A stretch of 61,844 nt of DNA, the filler included, from Gonapodya sp. JEL0774 (Eukaryota), in assembly GCA_027604505.1 (NCBI GenBank). It is 22 parts of 22 records of this genome, joined end to end, with 100 filler letters (N's around TTAATTAATTAA, not from the genome) between each part and the next. Parts side by side here need not be neighbours in the genome. Positions count along the whole stretch, not along the records: positions 1 to 2,733 come from JADIIX010001720.1; positions 2,834 to 5,565 come from JADIIX010001721.1; positions 5,666 to 8,392 come from JADIIX010001722.1; positions 8,493 to 11,217 come from JADIIX010001723.1; 18 more parts are not named here. The stretch is one strand, 5' to 3'. Every line of letters starts with the position of its first letter. The stretch's first letter is position 1. The position numbers and the translations under genes were made by a program. The notes below the pieces were generated by a model. The model did no database searches and had not been told where the DNA came from. It saw only the letters and a program-made list of their open reading frames with translations. Below, one piece after another: positions 1 through 11,217 of the stretch.

Positions 1-736
1 GATAGTGCTGGTCACGGGGACCGGAGTGGTTGTTCGGATAGTGCTAGTCACAGCGGCGACGGTGGTCGTCCGGGCGGTAGTTGTGGCAACAGGGAGGGTA
101 GTTGTGCGGAGAGTGCTGGTAGTCACTTGGGCGGTCGTGGTTTTACGAGTGGAAGTTGTGGCAGGTAGAAACTTAGGTAAGGGTTATTTCAAAAGAGAAC
201 TTGTGAGGAATCAATTTGAACGGGGAACAACTGTTGAGAAAGACACTTACATCGGTACAAATAGTGTTATTCCAATATTTCCATGCAACAGTGTACTGAG
301 GAATTGTACCCCAGTTTGTGACTTTCTTGTTGACCACGGTTATGCCGTATGCAGATACCAAATTTGGGCAGATAATGGCATCACTGTCAGTGAGAGAGTC
401 GCAATCATAGGAGATCCATTGGTTGCGAATCGTGGTGTCCGTGAGCTTTCCCCATGTACTGGTACCATTTTGGGTTCAATGGGTCGAAGGGGCGGCGGCC
501 AATGACGCGTTGGTGGCGGTGTCAAAGAAAGAGAAGAGAGCACGGGAGAACGCAGAAACTCACCCTCCACTATCTTCCGGATAAATCGCTCCATACGTTG
601 CTTGTGTCTGGCTGCACCATTGCGTGGGGGTTAGCTGCCTCACCCAGAGAGGGGCGGAACCAATTCCGGGTATAGAAACGGAGAGAGCCGCACAAATCAC
701 AGACACGAAGAGCGTCCGCGAAGAGTAAGCGCGCAT
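1..736 (-). CDS. Secreted protein with two Cys/Trp modules and a Thr-rich mucin-like stalk (3' partial)
   Basis: Exons 736-564, 458-251 and 171-1 splice in frame. Signal-peptide-like MRAYSSRTLFVSVICAALSVSIPGIGS, then WCSQTQATYG...TWGKL...QWISYDC and ICPNLVSAYG...NWGTI...YWNNTIC, then TTSTRKTTTAQVTTSTLRTTT repeats. Confidence 0.75.
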
Positions 737-1598
737 GGGCGGGTTCCGAATATGATAGAGAACGTTTTCTTTTGTTACCGGGAAGTTTCGATTTCACGTG
801 GTGCCGTTGCAGGGGCGGTATATATCTCCACCAACAAACAAGCAGCGATCGAGCCCTGGATATGCCAGAAACAGGAACCACTGGAAGCTTCGGGTATCGT
901 CCGTGTCCGAGCAGAGTGCGTTCCACCGAGCTCTGATTATCAAAGTTTGGAACACTTCCAAATGGGGGTGATATTTTGTCACCGCGACCTCAGCAGCAAC
1001 CCACGCACCCTTGTCATGTCCACAAACACTTTTGCACCACCGAGAGAAAAAATTATACCTGAACCGAAGAGAGAGAACAATCGGCTCTCACCATCGCGCA
1101 CTAAGACTATCTAAGACGTTTGCTCCTTACATAAAGCTGGAGTACGTTCAATCGTCCGATTGGCGGACGAGCAAAGCTCAATCATAACATAACATACCGT
1201 ATTGTTTGCGCAAATCGAATGGAGCGACCCCCAATGGGGACACGACATGGCCGAATGCTTTCTGAAGAGCACAACCTTTCCCTAGCATCAGGTGATCTTG
1301 TAGGACAAACCCTCACCATACCGTCGCCCCCAACTTACCCCCGCACTGCCTCCGTCCACTATCACTTGCATGAACCCTGTGTTTTTGGGGATGGCGCTTG
1401 AATAACTTCTTTTTTCAGTATGCCGACACCTCGTCGACTGTGAGATCAGTCGACACTCCTCGCAGTTGAGCAGGTGGCCACAATTCCAGTGACGTAGACA
1501 CAATCATGACGCTTAGGGCTAGGGCTAGGACGCTTTACATTCCAATTATGTAAACGATAAAACGATTTCCCTACATTACGGAATGTGCTCGGGCCATC

Positions 1599-2444
1599 CT
1601 ATCGCCCGCCCTTGCGTGACTTCTGCCTCGCATCCTTCCCAGGCCTCTTGGCGCCCTTCCCTCCTCTACTCCCACCCCCCTTGCCAAATCCACTCTTCAT
1701 CTTCTTCACGCTGAAACTTCCCTTTCCACCTTTACCCTTGCCCCTATCTCCATCGTCCCCACCGAAACCTCCTGAGCCCTTGCCCTGTTTCTCAAACCGA
1801 CCAGACCCGTGTTTGGGTCCACTAGTTTTGTTAGTGTACTTGGCGTGTTTAGCCAGGGCACGCTTCGAGGGTGTGGGTGGGCCGGATCCAGGACGCATCT
1901 TCTTGCGTGCTGGTGCGGCCGCAGAGTCGTCGTCCATGTCGGCATCTGCCGATACCCCGAAATCTTCACCGCCTCCACCACTAGACACCCCGTCCATGCC
2001 GCCTCCACCACGCTTCCGTTTCAGATGCTTGAGCTTATCTTGTTCGCGCTCCTTGGCCTCCTTCTTTTGCTGCTCTCGCTGTATCTGGATTTTCTTGCCC
2101 AACTTCTTTTCCGTACGCTGTCGCTTAGCGTCCTCACTTCTCTTGATAGCTGACGACTCCTCGGCGATGCGTGACTTCACCTTGAGCATGTGCGTGTCGG
2201 TCTTCACCATTTCTGCAAAGTAGTCCACCGGACGGGTCGTGGGAATGCCGAGATCGCGCAGTTTGGCGAGGGCAGTGGTGGCGGTCTGGAGGGCCTGTTC
2301 GTAGAAGGAGAGTTCGCGGCGGAGATCGTCGGAGGCGGCGGAAGGCTCGAGCGCAAGTGGGGTGGGGTTGGTGATGGAGAGTGTTTCGATGAATGGAATG
2401 CTGGGGGGAAGCCGGAACGAAGAAAGGCGGGCGAGGAGAGCGGG
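1599..2444 (-). CDS. EBP2: rRNA-processing protein Ebp2, last exon (upstream exons toward the contig end)
   Basis: DDLRRELSFYEQAL...RPVDYFAEMVKTDTHMLKVK...RQRTEKKLGKKIQ and the basic C-terminal KRPGKDARQK are Ebp2 hallmarks. Acceptor AG at 2446-2445. Confidence 0.93.
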   Translation of the reverse strand, partial: PALLARLSSFRLPPSIPFIETLSITNPTPLALEPSAASDDLRRELSFYEQALQTATTALAKLRDLGIPTTRPVDYFAEMVKTDTHMLKVKSRIAEESSAIKRSEDAKRQRTEKKLGKKIQIQREQQKKEAKEREQDKLKHLKRKRGGGGMDGVSSGGGGEDFGVSADADMDDDSAAAPARKKMRPGSGPPTPSKRALAKHAKYTNKTSGPKHGSGRFEKQGKGSGGFGGDDGDRGKGKGGKGSFSVKKMKSGFGKGGGSRGGKGAKRPGKDARQKSRKGGR

Positions 2445-2733
2445 CTATCGTATTTTGCGGGGGACGTGGCAGTTTGAAATCGGCGTGAGGACCGCGGAGC
2501 GGAATAAAATCAGGAAGAGTAGACTCCAACCACCAGCCGACTACTTGCAAACAATCACACACATCCCTGCTCTAGACAGATTAAGGACCATGGCATTCAT
2601 CCCATAGAAGGTGTTGCACTCCTTCAAAAACGTTACTTCTTTATCATTCATTACCATTTGCTGCTCCTGGCTCACCGTCAGCCTTCGCAATCGACCCCTG
2701 TGTTTCTCATCAAACGCCAGGTTGGCTCTCCCA

Positions 2734-2833
2734 NNNNNNNNNNNNNNNNNNNNNNNNNNNNNNNNNNNNNNNNNNNNTTAATTAATTAANNNNNNNNNNN
2801 NNNNNNNNNNNNNNNNNNNNNNNNNNNNNNNNN
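2734..2833. other. Artificial contig linker (N44-TTAATTAATTAA-N44); first of 21
   Basis: The same 100-bp linker recurs at 5566, 8393, 11218, 14043, 16866, 19687, 22508, 25328, 28148, 30968, 33782, 36594, 39405, 42215, 45023, 47830, 50636, 53440, 56242 and 59044. Contig lengths never increase, running from 2733 to 2701. Confidence 0.99.
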
Positions 2834-3315
2834 GACCGTATCGTTCGAAGCAACTCCAAGGAGGTGCTCGATGTGTACGGTGGGGAGGAGTCCGTGAGGA
2901 GGAAGATGGGCATCAACGCGGCGCACATGAAGGTGAGCCGGTCCGGGACATGCCTCGGAAGATTCACCGTCGACAGGTATGGGAATGATGGCTCACCACC
3001 ACCACCACCACCACCCCGTATGCGCGTAGTTTGGCGATAGTGACCTCATCGAGCCTGAAGTCGTTGTGGCGCGGATCATCGATCAGATCGAGTTGGTGAG
3101 TTGTGGCTCACTACACTGCAGACGAGTCGTGAGAGGGCCATCGAAGCGAGGGTAAGAAGGAACGTCTCTGATCTGTTCCCCCCCCCTACACTCTGCAGGC
3201 CCAACCCGAACACCACGCCTTGGTCGGCATGGTCACCTATTTCTACAAGTACTTGCTCCCGTGGGTCCCGACTTGGATCACGGACGAAATATCCATAGCG
3301 ATTGACGACTTTTAA
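2834..3315 (+). CDS. C-terminal part of a probable short-chain dehydrogenase/reductase (5' partial)
   Basis: Three exons splice to ...HMK|FGDSDLIEPEVVVARIIDQIEL|AQPEHHALVGMVTYFYKYLLPWVPTWITDEISIAIDDF*, which resembles the SDR C-terminal pattern PE.V...I......P....VG......LLP..P....D. The catalytic motifs lie off-contig. Confidence 0.55.
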
Positions 3316-4763
3316 TCGATGAAGATTGTGATGTACGAAATTTGACAGTCGGTGGGGGGAATTTGTACCCGGCTTATTATTCAGTTGGGAAAGGAATAGA
3401 TCGGCTGTTTTGCTCACTACATACTGTTGAGAGTCCCATGACAACTCGACCTGGCGTCAGTCCATGGAACTGGGAAGAGCAAACTCAAACCGCCTTGGTC
3501 GCTAGCGGCCCACGCTTTCCATCCCCTCAAAACGTCCCGGATCCGACTCCACCGATCGACCACGTGATACATAAATAACGGTTGGAGGCTGGAGAGATCA
3601 CGATCGTTGTTCGTCGCGGGTCGGGTGTACAGGTGGTGGAGAAAAACGTGTGGCACGATTCGATGATCAAACGCGTACAGGCATGGAAAGGGAAGGGCGG
3701 TCGTTTGACGTGTCCTGGGGTTGGGATTTGGGAACGGATGATGGGGTGTCACCCTCCAATAATGTACGGGGCGGGTTAATAAATGTTCTCCGCTATGAAA
3801 TTGGCTGAGAGAGACAATGAGGTACCAGCGACGGAAATAAGTAGCCGTCACACTACTAGTGGATCCAAGTTCAAAGGCGGTTCGAACTTAACCCTATCTG
3901 TCTTCCAGAGGCGATGGATTCGGCGCTGTTTCTTACGCGAGAGCAGGATATACCTAACCCCCACGCTGCAACCCTAACAATCTAATACTCACGTGAACTC
4001 CTAACACAAAGATCTGCCCGATGGCTTGAAAGAAATGCTGGTCAATCAGTTAATATCGCGCTGAGTCGCGGAGGAGATGAATGCTTGCCCAAGTGACAGG
4101 TCCGGGATCGGGGAGCGAAGAAGGTACGTTCTACCTGGTGAGCTTTGCTTCGAACACAGGGACGATCTCAAATTTATAGCTCAGATGCCGTCGCGGCGTG
4201 TATTGAGTCAAATGCAGTTTCTATCTATCCTAAGGTTTACATCGTATTTCATGTTGCTTTTATAGTCTAAAGCGGTGGCGCAGGTGCTGCGCGGAGCTGC
4301 GCACTTAGCGTGCGAGCAGGTCACTAGCGGTAATCTAAAGATTCCGCCCTTCTTCGTGCTTTACTCAGTCTAACGCTGATTCTCAATGCGAATACATGAT
4401 GTACTTGCTATTGAGATGCGCGGATACTCGTGTGATGTTTTGCATTTGCACGAGTCCCACTTTCCAACCGTGTTGAATTCCCAAAACTCCGTAAATAATC
4501 AAATTGAGTTTGGAACAGTTTTGAAATGAAAAGATTCGATTTCGAAATACAAGAACATTTTCGAAGTGCTACATGGGGCGGATTCGTGCGTCTTGTGGGT
4601 GCTTGATTTATATTTGGAACCAAAAAGAAGGTACACATGGACCGGTATACGGCCACAACAAAACAAAACAAAGACAAGGACAATAGACACAGCGTCACCC
4701 ATTAACAAGCCCCTCTCCCCACCTCCGGGCAGGCCCTCAACCAGACTCCAAGGAACGCCCCCC

Positions 4764-5565
4764 TCACCAACCACCGCCCGTCCTCCCATCCCACGCACCC
4801 CTCATCTGCGTCGTCGGCGGAGCGTAAGCCTGGTTCTGGTACCCTCCCGCGCCGCCACCGACACCGACACCCTGTTGACCACCCACTGGAGTACCAACCC
4901 GATCCATCGAGGCGACGCGGCGGGCGAAAGAGGCAGTTGTGGGGCTAGGGTTTGGAGATGAGGGATCGTCGGAGAGACAGCCCATGGGGAAGAAGCCGTT
5001 TTGACCAGTTGAGGTGTTGAAGCCCTGTGGCAAAGGCAGCGACATCCATTGCTCAGTGATGAGGACTCTAGCGGTCGGACAGCCAGCTGTTTCAAAATAC
5101 TCACCGACCCCCACCCATCCGGATACTGCAAATTCACAAACACATGGTGACCCACCGCGACGTGGATCTCGTCTGGTCCGCTCGGGTCGAATCTTGCCAC
5201 ACCCCACAAAAGACGCTTCACTTCCGTCGGCGGGGCAGGAGCCGATGGGAGGGGCATACCGTGGAGAGATGCGAAATCACGCTCCAAGACGAGAACACGA
5301 CGGTCGAGGTCGGCGAGACGGGTGGTTCCTGGGTGGTAAGGGACGTGATTGGAGGAGGTTTCGGGCTGGGCGTTGCGAGGTGCAGCGGAGGTTTCCAGAG
5401 TTGCACAACGGCGTTCAAGGTCGAGAGTCCTCCTATCTGCCGTGGACAGATCGTTTTTGAGTGAGAGACTTGCCGATTTGAGAGCGGCGTTGTCGGCTTT
5501 GAGAGTGGAGATGTCAACTTTGAGAGCGGCGTTGTCAACCTTGAGAGCAGCGTTCTCCACTTCGA
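4764..5565 (-). CDS. Coiled-coil plus C-terminal SH3-domain protein (5' partial)
   Basis: Intron 5104-5025 joins GVARFDPSGPDEIHVAVGHHVFVNLQYPDGWGS to GFNTSTGQNGFFPMGCL, giving a complete SH3 domain. Heptad repeats precede it. Confidence 0.85.
5478..5560 (-). repeat. 21-bp coding tandem repeat (about 4 copies; heptad NAALKVD)
   Basis: TTGAGAGCGGCGTTGTC-like units at 21-nt period encode ENAALKVDNAALKVDISTLKADNAALKS. Confidence 0.8.
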
Positions 5566-5665
5566 NNNNNNNNNNNNNNNNNNNNNNNNNNNNNNNNNNN
5601 NNNNNNNNNTTAATTAATTAANNNNNNNNNNNNNNNNNNNNNNNNNNNNNNNNNNNNNNNNNNNN

Positions 5666-7401
5666 ATTGTCAAGTTTTCTACAGACGATGAATATCTTGC
5701 CGTTGGCCTCGGTGACGGCAATATAAACGTGGGTCAGAAAGTAGTCGCGAGCTTCTCCGTCATTAATCTTCACATACGAGGCAATGATCCACGACTCTGT
5801 GATCTGACAGATCTATCACACCAAGTCCTTTCTACTAGTACAATGCCTTGTCCCACCTCCCTCAACTCCAACGATACCCCCTCTTCCAGGGAATGCAAGT
5901 GGGACATTGTCGAACCCAACGCTGGCGGCTTTGGACAACATTCAATACCCATGTACCAGTCTAGCATGGCGATACGATGGTACTCACCACCTGGAGAGTG
6001 GAACGAGGAACGTCCTAATCGCAGGATGTAAGAGTTGCGCAGAAATGATATATCTGTGCCTATGGTCGTCATTTCGTTGTCACTCATTCCCCATTCAATC
6101 CTTTCCTCTTGGGTTTCACTTTCTTGTGACATCCATATAGATGCCGACGGCCGCCTTCTCCACTGGCACGCAACGACCGGGGTCCTCCTCAAATCAAAGA
6201 TGAGTTCGGACAGCTCTTCCGAAGATGCTCCCGGCCCCAACTACCAAGTAACGTCAGTGGACAGCTCACGTGATGGGACTTTCTCCGCGTGCGTCGGCAG
6301 TGATACAGTCGTTCGGCTGTGGGACGAGGTTTCTGGAGGTTGGAAGGGGAACCTGCACGGGACGTAAGTTTCGCTCACTCTGCGCTTTCATTTCAGCATC
6401 GGGATTACCAGAATTTTTCATAAGATTTCATTTTCCCTACTACCAGGAACAATCCGGACCTGCAAGGTCCTTCATCCCGCTCGTTCGTTGTCCGCATTCA
6501 CCCAGAAACACAAACGACTCTTCTCACTGCCGGCTGGGACAACACGATTCAACTCTGGGATACTCGAGCTGGCTGTGCGGTCTCCAGAATATACGGCCCT
6601 TACATTTGTGGAGAGAGTGTGGATTGGGATGAGTCCGGGAAAAGAATTCTCAGCGGCAGCTGGCGAAAAGAAAACCAAGTCGAACTGTGGGACTATCCAT
6701 CGGGTCAAAAGCTGGACACCGTAAAATGGAGTTTGTATCCGGATATGGCAGCGCGCTCCACGATGATATATTCTGCGGGCTTTTCTCATCCAACGAAACA
6801 AGAGGCCAGTGTGAGTACCGATCCTGCATCCCTCCCCGAAAAGCAAAAGGAAAAGCAAGGTTCTGTTTAATATCAGGGTTTTGAAGAAGGAAGCGAACGC
6901 ATCAATGAAGCCAGTCTTTCAGGTACTGTAAAGATCAAAGCAAGCAAACTATTTTTTGCTGCTGGGAGCGGAGCACACACTGGACCCGTGCCGAAGCCGG
7001 CGAAACCAGGCGGGAGCCGCACCGAACTCTCACAGTCTTCCAATGGTGCAGACAAGCCTGACGTTTCGTCATCGGGTAATACTGGTACAACAAGCGCAGC
7101 ACCTCCTCCTGGTGGCGAAGTAAAAATATTTGGATCGACAATGTTTGGTTTGCGGGTGAGTGTCGGAATTTCTTTCCCCGACTGCTCATCAGGTAATATT
7201 TGTATCCCTTTTGTCATATGAAATATTACCTTGCATTGCGTACAGTGTGTCGCCCACATCACCGGAATACCTTCAAGTGTATACACTATGCAAATCTCAT
7301 ATTCCGAGACCCTTACAGCGTTCGGCGGCAGTGGCAACATACTTTATGTCTTTGAACTTGGAGGATACGCAGATCCGAAGGATTTAGAGTTCCTGTACTA
7401 A
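5666..7401 (+). CDS. WD40-repeat protein (5' partial, multi-exon)
   Basis: Spliced repeats VKFSTDDEYLAVGLGDGNI, ADGRLLHWH, CVGSDTVVRLWD, LLTAGWDNTIQLWD and GPYICGESVDWD...ILSGSWRKENQVELWD. Ends LEFLY* at 7401. Confidence 0.85.
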
Positions 7402-7761
7402 AAGCTTGACGCAATGTATCAGGTTTCAGCAAATTTAGTTTGCAAAATATCACACTTTTTGATTGACGGTTGTCGGTTGGATTCTTCGGCAAAACAAAGA
7501 GATTGCGTCAACTCTCGCCTTTGCTTCTGTGACCGAGGAACGCTGCGCCACGTTGGTCCATAATCACACAACCTCCCCTGTGACCTCCATTCCAAAACTT
7601 TCAGCAATGCTCGAAATTGCAAACTGCTGGTGAGCAAAGATGTTCTGCTCTACCGCCGCCTTCCACTGTCGTCTTCTTTCCAAATTTATGTCGCTGTCGG
7701 CGCTAACCGGCCCGGTGAACCGCTCTGACTCCCCCCGCTCTTGCTCATCCTCTCATTAAAG

Positions 7762-8392
7762 CTTTGTCTTCGACCTGCGCCGAGGCGTCTTGCTGCTAGC
7801 GGCTTTGAACACTGTGGGTTGGTCCGGCAACGTTTCCCGACCCCGCCTTCGCTCAACGTGGTCTCGATGTTCTTTCAGATCTCCCATATCTCCACCGCGT
7901 TCCACTCCTTGAAGTTATCCGATAGTCATCATGTCTTTGGCGGCATGCTCTTGTTCTCCGTCGTTGGAGCGATGATGTCTGCCGCGGGTGTTGTTGGGGT
8001 TCTGAAGGTGAGGAAGATTTGATTTGATGTCTCCCGCACGTCAGGGTGGAGACGTGGGGTTGACTTAGGGAGTCTCGAACGATGAAATAGGAGCTGAGAT
8101 ATGATGGCTCCGTGATTGCTTGAGCTTTGTGTTCGACCTCTGACTGGTTTTGTGTGCCAAAGATCTGACCCCTTGCATATGCATTCCAGAACTCAGCTCG
8201 ACACCTTCGTATTTTCTCCATCTACTACTGGCTCGATCTCATTGCCTCCTTCTTGGGAACAGTGTTCGTCTCAGTGGCGGCGCCGGGCTTCAAGGAACTC
8301 GTTTGTCAGAAGTTGCAAGAGCACCCCCAGGAAGGGTTCGACTACGACAAATGCTTGAAGGCCTACCCCATCATTGTTGCAACTGTCATTAC
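7762..8392 (+). CDS. Small multi-pass membrane protein, tetraspanin/LAPTM-like (partial)
   Basis: Exons FVFDLRRGVLLLAALNT, ...GGMLLFSVVGAMMSAAGVVGVLK and NSARHLRIFSIYYWLDLIASFLGTVFVSV...VCQKL...DKCLKAYPIIVATVI give hydrophobic helices and a two-Cys loop. The start is uncertain. Confidence 0.55.
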
Positions 8393-8492
8393 NNNNNNNN
8401 NNNNNNNNNNNNNNNNNNNNNNNNNNNNNNNNNNNNTTAATTAATTAANNNNNNNNNNNNNNNNNNNNNNNNNNNNNNNNNNNNNNNNNNNN

Positions 8493-8647
8493 TGATAAGT
8501 CATCAGACTGAGCTGGAGTTGGTTGAGCGGTAGGAGGGCGTGCAGCATGTCCTTCGAATCCACCTCCCCGTCAATTAATCCGTCCACATTCATTATGCCC
8601 CAAACGTAAGCGAGGCCGAAAGAGAGCGCAATGACAATCGAAAAGCA
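8493..8647 (-). CDS. Possible exon of an unknown membrane protein divergent from the peroxiredoxin
   Basis: After a TAG acceptor the frame CFSIVIALSFGLAYVWGIMNVDGLIDGEVDSKDMLHALLPLNQ stays open to the contig edge. No family recognised. Confidence 0.25.
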
Positions 8648-8920
8648 CTAATGGAGAACATGTCACCACAGTGATTGTGGGATGGCGATCGTGTCGAAGT
8701 ATAACGAAAGGAGCTCTTTGTCAACTTCATGAGTCTTGGTGGAACATCATGAGACCGAACGAGGATACTCACATTGCTCAATGATTACAAAAATAAAATT
8801 TCTCCGATAGCAGTGATGATCGACGCGTTGTTCTTTTCTGTGGGACTTTGCTCTTTATGTATTTTCTGAGATTCGACATTTTGAGGAACCAACGGACTCA
8901 CCCAAAGAACACACCATAAG

Positions 8921-10199
8921 ATGTCGACCGCCATCTTTTTTCGTCCGCTTCTTCGCTCTGCTCTGCCTCTTGCGCTGACTGTCTCGCGCCCCGTCAACCC
9001 TCGCCTAGTTTCCTCTGTCCTCCCTGCCAGTTACACACGTGTGACACGTTCTTTCTCTTTGTCCGTACCTCGGCAAACTGCCGCCCCCATCGCCAATGCT
9101 CCAGCAACTGCGCAAGTGCAAAAGCAGGCGCCAGCATGGAAGGGAATGGCGGTGGTTGATGGGGAACTCAAGACTGTGACTTCCGACGACTACAAGGGAA
9201 AATGTGAGTACTAGAGAGGAATCCCTCACGGAAAGGTCTCCGAGGGATCATGGCAATATTGCCGAGCTTGAATGGACATATCGGGCACACAACTGGAGGA
9301 GTTTTCTGGTCTTCATTCCCTCACTTTGTGAATTTGGTGATTTGCATTCGTTGATCGACCTTGTTCCCCACCACGGAAGATCTTGTTCTATTTTTCTACC
9401 CTATGGACTTCACTTTTGTTTGGTGAGTAGCTCAGTGACCGGTTGCTGTTCTCCCCCCCACTGACAAATAATTCTTTGCTGTTTGCACGTTCGCATACTC
9501 ACAGCCCGACTGAAATCATCGCTTTCTCCGACCGTGTAGAAGAATTTCGTGCAGCTGGTTGTGAAGTCGTAGGATGCAGTGTGGATTCCGAGTACTCTCA
9601 CCTCGGTGGGTCTTATGACTAATGATGAATCCCCATATCATTTCGGTTCACCCACCATCTTTTCCGAATTTATTCATAGCTTGGATTAATACTCCCCGTA
9701 ACAAAGGAGGATTAGGCGAGATGAAGATCCCTCTCCGTAAGCACATTCACCCAAATAGTTCCATGCTTCGTCCGACATTGCTCACAACGAGTCGCACACA
9801 TACAACCCCAGTCTCCGACATGACCAAAAGCATCTCTCGGTCGTACAATGTCCTCCTTGAAGACCAAGGTGTCGCCCTGCGTGGCACATTCATCATAGGC
9901 CCTGATGGAACCCTCCGTGTCTCCCTCGTCAACGACCTGCCCATCGGAAGAAGTGTCGATGAAGTGTTGAGGCTCGTGGAGGCGGTCAAGTTCACCGATG
10001 TGCACGGAGAAGTGTGCCCGGCGAATTGGTCAAGTGAGTGACGATATCCCGACAACACTAGCGGTTGGGCAGGGGAATGCGGACGAAATTTTTGACATCG
10101 ACTCACGGTGGCCTTCACTTCCGTGCAGAGGGGTCCCGCACCATGAAGGCCGATCCTGTCAAGTCGCAAGAGTTCTTCAGCTCGGTCTATCCCATCTGA
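8921..10199 (+). CDS. Typical 2-Cys peroxiredoxin (AhpC/TSA, Prx1 subfamily) with mitochondrial-type presequence
   Basis: Six exons give [12 protein letters not shown]...[29 protein letters not shown]...[32 protein letters not shown]...RGTFII...[16 protein letters not shown]...GEVCPANW. The N-terminus is Arg/Ser-rich and lacks acidic residues. Confidence 0.95.
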
Positions 10200-10519
10200 T
10201 CGCAGATGAAGTGTGAAACGACACATGAACGCCAGCTGACGTCACTGTTTGAGAGGCAACAGATTCATCGTTATAGAGCAAGAGTATAGACTTAAAGCGG
10301 TACTACGTTGATCGACTTCCTAGTGGCGCTGCCTGCGGAATAATACCGGGACTTGCAATCATGCCCCGCAACCATGTTCTCAAAGTTGGCATATTGCTGA
10401 CATCACCTTTGAGGAATTGGCTCAAAGATGGTTGGAGCAAAAAAGAATCTGTTTGAGCAAGACAACTGAGACTCTAACAAACATTGGTAGGTGATGTGTA
10501 TTACAAGGATTGTGCACGT

Positions 10520-11217
10520 GCAATCTAAGACTACTTGCTAGCGGTAGCTGCATCATGCATGTATAAACCAACACCACTGGATTGTCTGCGATGGCAGATA
10601 GCAACGTGAATCAGGTTATGTAAGATGTTCCTTCACTGAACTCGTGCACTTTGGTAAACTGATCTTGTTGTGATTTCTCCTGGCCGGGAATACAGTTGGC
10701 CTGTACGACGTGGATGAAGTAGACATAACTGATTATCGACAGATGCACTAGGAGAGGATGAACCTGCGATCTGTCAATACCAACTGACATGCTGACCCTT
10801 CGCCATGATCGGGAAGATAAAGGAGAGAAGTGACACCAGCCAAAATAAAGAGAGCACGCCAAGATCGCAACAACCAGAGATGCGAGACATAGATGAGGCT
10901 CAGACAGCGAGAGCAAAAACAAGAGGTGGATGCACAACCGATGTAATCTGCAGGTGACATATACAGTAGATGGTCCCAAAACCGTTAAACCTCTCACATT
11001 ACCCGGTGAGCCTGGTGAGACTGCTGCTATCCGAAAGAAGAATAACGAATCGCGCACGTATCTCGGTGATTTGCCGGTCACAGATCACGGTGACGGGTGC
11101 ATACTATAGATACGTTGGGTGAGGGATCACTCCTTTTGGAAAAACGGCGTAGGTATTACAGATGTTCCTCGCACATGGATCACTCAGCAGCAAGTTCAGT
11201 GGTGGAACTATGCTCTG
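10520..11217 (-). CDS. Putative spliced hydrophobic protein, unknown (partial)
   Basis: GT-AG-flanked exons can be joined to give hydrophobic stretches (LCLASLVVAILACSLYF; HPLLVHLSIISYVYFIHVV). The frame is ambiguous. Confidence 0.25.

Noticed and set aside
5..505. Val-rich plus-strand ORF (166 aa)
   Set aside because: It is the antisense shadow of the Thr-rich exon on the minus strand.
1513..1530. TTAGGG-CTAGGG-CTAGGA telomere-like run
   Set aside because: Only three degenerate units, internal to a contig and near a 3' UTR, so compatible with chance.
1585..2223. Pro-rich 212-aa plus-strand ORF
   Set aside because: It is the antisense shadow of EBP2.
3340..4270. Short plus-strand ORFs with protein-like stretches and an in-frame TGA
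   Set aside because: No consistent splice model or family. At most a decayed gene.
9420..9510. Possible selenocysteine at the peroxiredoxin active site (some early-diverging fungi use Sec)
   Set aside because: Splicing gives TG+C = TGC (Cys), not TGA. No in-frame TGA in a redox motif was found elsewhere in the window.
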